NCBI GenBank assembly: GCA_018813025.1 | Contig: JAHJCL010000038.1 | Location: forward strand, 1-12,896 | Length of the DNA: 12,896 nucleotides | Direction of reading: 5' to 3' | DNA from: Patescibacteria group bacterium | GTDB taxonomy: Bacteria > Patescibacteriota > Minisyncoccia > Minisyncoccales > DG-74-3 | In this document: positions 1 to 5,906 of the stretch, one piece after another | How positions within the stretch are numbered: position 1 is the first letter of the stretch | How the letters are laid out: each line of letters begins with the position of its first letter | Translations under genes and position numbers: made by a program | Notes under the pieces: generated by a model | What the model was told of the DNA's origin: nothing | The model's database searches: none | The model's input: the letters and a program-made list of their open reading frames with translations, nothing else

Positions 1-15
1 AATAAATTAAAAAAT

Positions 16-285
16 ATGTTAACACCTGAAGAAAAAATTAAAGTTATTGAAAAGTGTAAATTACACAAAGTTGATACTGGTTCTCCCGAAGTCCAGGTTG
101 CTTTATTGACCGAAGAAATTAAACGTCTTTTGCTTCATCTGAAACAACATAAAAAAGATCTCCACTCCAAGAGAGGACTTTTAAAAATGGTTACCAAGAG
201 AAGATCTCTTTTAAATTATGTTAAAAATGAAGACCCAAAAAGATATAATAGTGTTATTAAAAAAATCGGTTTAAGTGCTAAATAA
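16..285 (+). CDS. rpsO: 30S ribosomal protein S15
   Basis: The 89-aa ORF carries the hallmark S15 motifs [30 protein letters not shown] and RRSLLNYV. The length is typical for S15. The stop TAA (283-285) shares its last A with the ATG of the next gene. Confidence 0.95.
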   Translation: MLTPEEKIKVIEKCKLHKVDTGSPEVQVALLTEEIKRLLLHLKQHKKDLHSKRGLLKMVTKRRSLLNYVKNEDPKRYNSVIKKIGLSAK

Positions 286-794
286 TGATTACTGCCAAAC
301 ATCAAGACCAAAGAGTAGCTGTTCTCATAGATGTCCAAAATCTATATCATTCAGCTAAAAATCTCTATAAAGCGAGAGTTAATTTCCGAGCTATTGTCAA
401 AACAGCTGTTGAAGACAGAAAACTGATTCGAGCTTTTGCTTATGTTATTAAAACTAAAACAGGAGAAGAAAAGCCTTTTTTTGAGGCTTTAACTAATTTA
501 GGAATTGAAACACGAGTCAAAGACCTTCAAGAATTCTATGGTGGAATGAAAAAAGGTGATTGGGATGTTGGTATTACCGTTGACGCTGTCAGAATAGCGC
601 CATCGGTTGATACTATTGTATTAGCTTCAGGAGATGGCGACTTCATCCAACTGGTTGAGTATTTAAAAAACCAAGGTAAGAGAGTAGAGGCAATTTCTTT
701 TGCCCGATCATCCTCGGCCAAATTAAAAGAGGTTGTTGATGAATTTGTTGACCTAGAAAAAAATCTTAAAAAATATCTTATTAAAAGCTACTAA
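285..794 (+). CDS. NYN/LabA-like (DUF88) PIN-fold putative ribonuclease
   Basis: The 169-aa ORF has the N-terminal motif RVAVLIDVQNLYHS and the central ASGDGDF acidic cluster typical of NYN/LabA-like domains. Its start overlaps the rpsO stop (TAATG) and it ends 1 nt before the pnp ATG, so translational coupling is likely. Confidence 0.8.
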   Translation: MITAKHQDQRVAVLIDVQNLYHSAKNLYKARVNFRAIVKTAVEDRKLIRAFAYVIKTKTGEEKPFFEALTNLGIETRVKDLQEFYGGMKKGDWDVGITVDAVRIAPSVDTIVLASGDGDFIQLVEYLKNQGKRVEAISFARSSSAKLKEVVDEFVDLEKNLKKYLIKSY

Positions 795-795
795 A

Positions 796-2901
796 ATGAC
801 TGAAGAATTCAAATTAAAGATAGGTGAAAAAGAGTTAATAGTTAATATAAAAAATTTAGCCGAACAAAGTAACGGCTCTTGTCTTTTTCGTTCCGGAGAT
901 ACTTTAGTTTTAGCCACCGCTGTCATCGCCTCATCTGAAAGAGATGGAATAGATTATTTTCCTTTAATGGTTGGCTACGAAGAAAGATATTATGCGGCCG
1001 GAAAGATTTTAGGGTCAAGATATGTCCGGAGAGAAAGCCGACCGTCAGACGAAGCAGTGCTGACTGCCAGATTAATTGACCGGGCAATCAGGCCTCTCTT
1101 TAATCAGAATAGTAGAAGAGACGTACAATTAGTTATAACTTGTTTATCTTGGGATAGAGAAAATGACCCTGACATCATCGGTCTTTTGTCAGCTTCTTTA
1201 TCACTTTTAATATCTGATATTCCTTGGGCCGGACCAGTGGCCGGATTAAGAATTGGGCGGAAAGATGGACAGTTTATCCTTAATCCGACTTATGTCGAAA
1301 GAATTGAAAGCGATTTAGATTTAACTATTTCCGCTACCGAAGAAAATGGAGAAATCCTGATTAATATGATTGAAAGCGAATCTAAAGAAGTAGAAGAGAA
1401 AATAATTCTTGAAGCTGTGGAATGGGCTAAGCCATATTTGAAACAATTAATTGATTTTCAGAAAAAAATAGCCAAAGAAATCGGCAAAGAAAAAATTATA
1501 CTTACTCCGCCTGATAGCAAACCGGAATTGGATCAAGAAGCCAGAAAATTGGTTCTGGCTAAATTAGAGAAAGCTATTTTCGTAGAAAACAAACAAGAAA
1601 AATCAAAAAACTCAAACAATCTTTTTGAAGAGGTTCTAGAATTATTGAAACAAAAAGACCCGGATAATTTTAAGAGCAAAATCGGATTATTAAAACAATT
1701 CATTGAAGAAGAAACTGTTTCTTTAATGAGAGAGAAAATCTTAAAGAGAGAACAAAGACTTGATGGTCGTAAGATTGATGAATTAAGAGAAGTCAGCGTT
1801 GAGACTGGAATATTGCCGAGAACTCATGGTTCCGGACTTTTTTGCCGAGGTCTGACTAAAACCCTTTCTATCTTAACTCTCGGAGCTCCTGATGATGTTA
1901 AATTATTAGCTGGAATGGAATTTATCGGTGAAAAAAGATTTATGCACCATTACAACTTCCCGCCTTATTCAACCGGTGAGGTATCTCCGATGAGAGGACC
2001 TGGCAGGAGAGAAATCGGTCATGGAATGTTAGCGGAGAAAGCTTTAACCGCAGTCATGCCGAATCCGGAAGAATTTCCTTACACAATCAGAGTTGTTTCT
2101 GAAGTTTTATCTTCTAACGGTTCTAGTTCTATGGCTTCAACCTGCAGTTCAACAATCGCCCTGATGGATGCCGGTGTTCCTATCAGCGCTCCGGTAGCGG
2201 GTATTGCCATGGGGTTGATTAAAGATAATGACGATTACAAAATTTTAACTGATATTCAGGGACCAGAAGATCATTGTGGCGATATGGATTTAAAAGTAGC
2301 CGGAACTAATAAAGGTATCACAGCTCTTCAGATGGATTTAAAAATAACCGGTATCACGACAAAAATACTTTCGGAAGGATTAGAGCAAGCTAAAAAAGCA
2401 AGGATTAAAATATTAGATAAAATCACCCAAATAATTCCTCAACCACGAGCTCAGTTATCACAATTTGCTCCTCGAATTATTACTATCCAAATCAATCCTG
2501 AAAAAATCGGAGATGTTATCGGTAAGGGAGGAAAAGTTATTAATGAAATTATTAAAGAATGCGGAGTTCTAATTGATATTGAAGAATCCGGAACTGTTTT
2601 TATAACCGCTGAAACTCAAGAAGGAGCTCAGAAAGCGGTTGATTGGATTAAAAACCTTACTCGGGAAATAATGGTAGGAGAAGTTTTTGACGGAAAGGTG
2701 GTCAAAATCTTAGACTTTGGAGCTTTTGTAGAAATATTACCGGGGCAAGAAGGAATGATTCATATTTCTAAGTTATCTTCTCAAAGAGTAGAAAAAGTAA
2801 CCGATGTAGTTAATGTTGGCGATAAGGTTAGAGTTAAAGTTATTGCCATTGACGACCAAAGTAGAATAAATCTTTGTTTAGAAGAATTGATTAAAAATTA
2901 G
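796..2901 (+). CDS. pnp: polyribonucleotide nucleotidyltransferase (PNPase)
   Basis: The ORF is 701 aa. It shows two RNase PH-like core regions (FCRGLTKTLSILTLG, HHYNFPPYSTGE) and a KH motif (IGKGGKVINEI). A C-terminal S1 domain is present (GEVFDGKVVKILDFGAFVEILPGQEGMIHISKL). Synteny with rpsO upstream is conserved. Confidence 0.97.
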   Translation: MTEEFKLKIGEKELIVNIKNLAEQSNGSCLFRSGDTLVLATAVIASSERDGIDYFPLMVGYEERYYAAGKILGSRYVRRESRPSDEAVLTARLIDRAIRPLFNQNSRRDVQLVITCLSWDRENDPDIIGLLSASLSLLISDIPWAGPVAGLRIGRKDGQFILNPTYVERIESDLDLTISATEENGEILINMIESESKEVEEKIILEAVEWAKPYLKQLIDFQKKIAKEIGKEKIILTPPDSKPELDQEARKLVLAKLEKAIFVENKQEKSKNSNNLFEEVLELLKQKDPDNFKSKIGLLKQFIEEETVSLMREKILKREQRLDGRKIDELREVSVETGILPRTHGSGLFCRGLTKTLSILTLGAPDDVKLLAGMEFIGEKRFMHHYNFPPYSTGEVSPMRGPGRREIGHGMLAEKALTAVMPNPEEFPYTIRVVSEVLSSNGSSSMASTCSSTIALMDAGVPISAPVAGIAMGLIKDNDDYKILTDIQGPEDHCGDMDLKVAGTNKGITALQMDLKITGITTKILSEGLEQAKKARIKILDKITQIIPQPRAQLSQFAPRIITIQINPEKIGDVIGKGGKVINEIIKECGVLIDIEESGTVFITAETQEGAQKAVDWIKNLTREIMVGEVFDGKVVKILDFGAFVEILPGQEGMIHISKLSSQRVEKVTDVVNVGDKVRVKVIAIDDQSRINLCLEELIKN

Positions 2902-2907
2902 TTATTT

Positions 2908-3870
2908 ATGATTGAAGAAAAAATAACAAAAAAAAATGAGGAGTTAACTCATTTTAGAAGAGAAGATATTAAAACGATGCGAAAAGACATCGCTGTTGCC
3001 AGAGAAAAAGAAGCTCGAATAGAAAGAGAAAAAATAGCTCGATCTAATCACCAGCAGCCATTAAAGCAAGAAGTCAAAGATGTTAGCGTAAAACCGCCAG
3101 ATAAACTGCCAATAAAACAATCAACTGACCAGAAATTGCCTCAAGTTTCAAAAAAAATACGCTCTTCAAAAAAGATTTTAGTTCGAGTATTGATTGTTCT
3201 TATTTGTCTTTCTTGTATTACCTTAATCTTTCTATTAATAAAACTTCCTTGGGACAAAATAGAAGAAAACCAAACTGAAGTAATAGAAAAAGAAATACCA
3301 ATAGAATTTATTACCCCAGCTTCTTTAGTTACAGTTCAAAGCACTATTATTTCTGAAATTAACGAAAAACAGGAAACAGTAAATATTTTAGAACAAACAC
3401 TTAATCAGGAAGTTAATCAGAATAGTTTGAACCAGATTGTCTTAAAATATGTTCCGGAAAACCGAGTTCTTTCCTTAGAAGAAATTCCTTTAATTACTGT
3501 CTTCGGAACTGAATTATTGCCGGATATTTATCCTAAATTAGAAAAAGACCATACCTTGGTTCTTTACTCTCAAAGCCAGGGATTAAGAGCGGTTTTTATT
3601 GGTAAGGTCAAAGAAGACCAAGACTTAATTGCTCTCTTTGAGGATTGGGAAGCAGAAATAATAAAAAATGGAATTGTAATTAATCAAGAAAATATGCAAC
3701 CATTAACTCCATATTTCAGATATTATTTTTATAAAGATATTAGACTGCGCTATTTAACTTTATCCAGAAATGATTTAGGAATATGTTATGCTTATTTTGG
3801 AAATTATTTCGTTATCTCTTCTTCTATGGAGAGTTTTCGAAAAGTAATTGATAATATTCAACTAAAATAA
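2908..3870 (+). CDS. hypothetical single-pass membrane protein (charged N-terminal region, one TM helix, ~200-aa C-terminal domain)
   Basis: The 320-aa ORF starts 6 nt after the pnp stop on the same strand. It has a Lys/Glu/Arg-rich N-terminus and a TM segment (VRVLIVLICLSCITLIFLLIKL). The C-terminal domain is globular-looking and AT-rich in codon usage like its neighbours. No recognisable family. Confidence 0.6.
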   Translation: MIEEKITKKNEELTHFRREDIKTMRKDIAVAREKEARIEREKIARSNHQQPLKQEVKDVSVKPPDKLPIKQSTDQKLPQVSKKIRSSKKILVRVLIVLICLSCITLIFLLIKLPWDKIEENQTEVIEKEIPIEFITPASLVTVQSTIISEINEKQETVNILEQTLNQEVNQNSLNQIVLKYVPENRVLSLEEIPLITVFGTELLPDIYPKLEKDHTLVLYSQSQGLRAVFIGKVKEDQDLIALFEDWEAEIIKNGIVINQENMQPLTPYFRYYFYKDIRLRYLTLSRNDLGICYAYFGNYFVISSSMESFRKVIDNIQLK

Positions 3871-3903
3871 TAAAAGATTATAAAAATTTAAAAAGACTGA
3901 AAA

Positions 3904-4269
3904 ATGGATAAAAAATTAATTGAGGAATTAAAAGAAAACTTAAAAAAAGAAGAATCCCTAATAGAAAAAATGTTAGGGGGTTTTGCTAAGAAAGACGAAA
4001 AAACTCCGGGAGATTGGGATACCCGTTTTCCGTCAATGGGAGAAGGAACCAGTGGTGTTGATTTGGAGAAAGAGGCTGATGAGGTGGAACAATACGGCAC
4101 CATGATATCAATTGAACATAGTTTGGAAACAAGGCTTAAAAATATTATCTTGGCTTTAAAAAAAATTGAAGAAGGTGGATATGGAATCTGCGAAAAATGC
4201 AAAAAACCAATTAATATTAACCGATTAAAAGTTTCTCCTGAATCGAAATTCTGTCTAAAATGTAAATAA
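3904..4269 (+). CDS. DksA/TraR-family C4-type zinc-finger protein (YteA-like)
   Basis: The 121-aa ORF has an N-terminal coiled-coil-like region. Its C-terminus reads CEKCKKPININRLKVSPESKFCLKCK, the CxxC-x17-CxxC TraR/DksA zinc finger. Confidence 0.8.
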   Translation: MDKKLIEELKENLKKEESLIEKMLGGFAKKDEKTPGDWDTRFPSMGEGTSGVDLEKEADEVEQYGTMISIEHSLETRLKNIILALKKIEEGGYGICEKCKKPININRLKVSPESKFCLKCK

Positions 4270-4372
4270 AATGAGGATTCTTAATTTTTTGAGACGCGTC
4301 GGAGCACTTTAGGGTAAAGCGCGATAGAAAATTTAGAATCCAAAATAATAAAAATTAAAATAAATAAAAAAT

Positions 4373-4528
4373 ATGGCTAATGAACTCACGAATATTGAAT
4401 ACAAGGTTGATGAAATAAAAAAGACTGTTGAAGAATTAAGAGATGTGATAAAGAACTATAAATATACTTTAGACGAGATGAAAGAGGGGATAAAAAACAT
4501 AAAATACACGCTTGATAACCGAAAGTAA
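4373..4528 (+). CDS. possible 51-aa micro-protein with an internal tandem repeat
   Basis: Read by eye from ATG 4373 to TAA 4526-4528 as MANELTNIEYKVDEIKKTVEELRDVIKNYKYTLDEMKEGIKNIKYTLDNRK. It contains a duplicated IKN(Y/I)KYTLD unit. It was not in the ORF track, presumably for length. No SD. It is directly followed by a hairpin plus T-run terminator. Confidence 0.3.
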   Translation: MANELTNIEYKVDEIKKTVEELRDVIKNYKYTLDEMKEGIKNIKYTLDNRK

Positions 4529-4540
4529 ATCAAACAAATA

Positions 4541-4564
4541 AACCGCTTCTAAGCGGTTTTTTAC
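4541..4564. terminator. rho-independent terminator hairpin (ACCGCT-TCTA-AGCGGT + TTTTT), bidirectional
   Basis: The sequence AACCGCTTCTAAGCGGTTTTTT forms a perfect 6-7 bp GC-containing stem followed by a T-run on the + strand. On the - strand it is followed by TTTATTTGTTTG. It lies between convergent genes. Confidence 0.55.
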
Positions 4565-4566
4565 TT

Positions 4567-4585
4567 GGATAAGCTTAGCTTATCC
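4567..4585. terminator. second perfect palindrome GGATAAGCT-T-AGCTTATCC (9-bp stem)
   Basis: A perfect inverted repeat sits immediately 3' of the first hairpin and 24 nt from the 3' end of the minus-strand M23 gene. It is likely the proximal element of a tandem or bidirectional terminator. Confidence 0.4.
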
Positions 4586-4608
4586 GATTATTGGAAAATT
4601 TTTCTGAC

Positions 4609-5697
4609 TTAATGTGCAAAAGGGTTAGTAGCTCCGGTGACTCCAAAATGTAAGTGGCAGCCAGTTGATAATCCAGCGCCAGCCGTGCCGGGCTGACCTC
4701 CCATTAACCCGATAATTTGATACCTGGATACTTCTTGACCTGGAACAACAAAAATTTTAGATAAATGCCCGTAATAAGTAATAACTCCATTTGGATGTAA
4801 AATTGTAATGTGATTGCCGCCTCCGCCAAAAGCCCAAATAGATGTTGATGTAGTTGTCTGTGCTTTTATAACTGTTCCTGCTGCCGCAGCGTAAATTGAT
4901 TCGCCACAACCTCCATTGTTACTGAAATCAATTGCGTTATACCAATGTAACCCCTGGGTTATATATGGAACGTCGATTGGATAAACAAAATATCCTGAAG
5001 CTAAAGGAACAGATTGAGGTTGATAGTTAGAAACTGGAGCAGGCATAGTCCCATCAGGAATCATTAAAATATCTCCTAAAAATATATCTCCTTCTGAGGA
5101 CAACTCATTAAAAGCTATAATATCTGATGTTTTGGCTTTATGTATTTGGGCAATATTAGAAATTGTGTCTCCGTTTTGAACATGGTATATAACTCCGGAA
5201 ACAGGTGGAATGACCAATGTTTTGCCAATAGTTATAATTGTATTTTTATTTAAATCATTGGCCCAAAGTAAACTTTCAATTGAAACATTAAATTGTTGAG
5301 AAATGTTTGATAATGTGTCGCCTGATTCAACAACGTATTCAATAATACCTCTCCTGGTGCTGGGTAAAAAATCTATACCCACTAAAGCCCCTAAAACCTG
5401 CGGCGAAAGAGTAGTCGGTGGTAAAGATGCTTTTAATGTATTCTTTTGGATTAAAACAAGGTCTGGAGATTCTACGGAAAACTTGTTAATTGGTCCCAAA
5501 AAGAGATCATTGGTATTTTGAGATTGAAAATCGCTTACCTCTGTAGTAATTGGGTTTTGAGCTGAAATAATTAATGCTGAAACAAATAAAACAACAGTCA
5601 TTGCTGACAAAAACCAAAAAAGGTTTTCTTTAAGAAAACCAGCGAATTTAATATTTATTTCTTTACTCGACAAATCAATTTTTTTCTTTCTACCCAT
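4609..5697 (-). CDS. LysM-LysM-M23 family peptidoglycan peptidase (membrane-anchored)
   Basis: The ORF is 362 aa with an N-terminal TM helix (LFWFLSAMTVVLFVSALIISA). Two LysM domains are present (YVVESGDTLSNISQQF... and YHVQNGDTISNIAQIH...). The C-terminal M23/LytM fold retains the HLHF (HxH) motif. The first metal-ligand motif is atypical: GLHWYNAIDF rather than a clean HxxxD. Confidence 0.85.
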   Translation of the reverse strand: MGRKKKIDLSSKEINIKFAGFLKENLFWFLSAMTVVLFVSALIISAQNPITTEVSDFQSQNTNDLFLGPINKFSVESPDLVLIQKNTLKASLPPTTLSPQVLGALVGIDFLPSTRRGIIEYVVESGDTLSNISQQFNVSIESLLWANDLNKNTIITIGKTLVIPPVSGVIYHVQNGDTISNIAQIHKAKTSDIIAFNELSSEGDIFLGDILMIPDGTMPAPVSNYQPQSVPLASGYFVYPIDVPYITQGLHWYNAIDFSNNGGCGESIYAAAAGTVIKAQTTTSTSIWAFGGGGNHITILHPNGVITYYGHLSKIFVVPGQEVSRYQIIGLMGGQPGTAGAGLSTGCHLHFGVTGATNPFAH

Positions 5698-5777
5698 ATT
5701 TGATTAAAACTACACCCTCATAGGGCATAATCTAAGGATACCCTATCAAGAATCTAAGTCAAGCGGATAACTAAGAA

Positions 5778-5807
5778 TTGGCTAAAATTTAAAAAAAAAG
5801 ATAAAAT
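5778..5807 (+). promoter_or_regulatory. candidate sigma70-like promoter (TTGGCT -18- TAAAAT) upstream of the Cys-rich protein gene
   Basis: TTGGCT at 5778-5783 and TAAAAT at 5802-5807 lie about 19 nt upstream of ATG 5826. The region is AT-rich, so chance matches are common. Confidence 0.2.
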
Positions 5808-5825
5808 GGAATAATTTAAACACTG

Positions 5826-5906
5826 ATGAAACGGATTATTTTCAGAAAATATTTTTTAATTGGTTTAATCTTTGGATTTTTATTGTGCGGACAGTTTGTT
5901 TTGGCT
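5826..5906 (+). other. Sec-type signal peptide of the 818-aa protein
   Basis: The N-terminus is positively charged (KR..RK) and the hydrophobic core is LIGLIFGFLL. A VLA|C cleavage-like site follows. Confidence 0.55.

Noticed and set aside
536-721. 61-aa minus-strand ORF inside the NYN gene
   Set aside because: It is antisense to a well-supported domain-containing ORF with no independent support. The same applies to 5303-5521 +, 7245-7496 -, 8708-8917 -, 10339-10530 +, 10344-10628 -, 10609-10797 -, 10639-10845 +, 11614-11889 + and 12111-12395 -.
3888-4202. 104-aa minus-strand ORF
   Set aside because: It is fully antisense to the DksA/TraR-like gene, whose zinc-finger motif makes that frame the real one.
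4288-4330. GC-rich island as a rho-independent terminator for the DksA-like gene
   Set aside because: The T-run (AATTTTTT) precedes rather than follows the GC segment, and no stable stem is evident. It is kept only as a low-interest finding.
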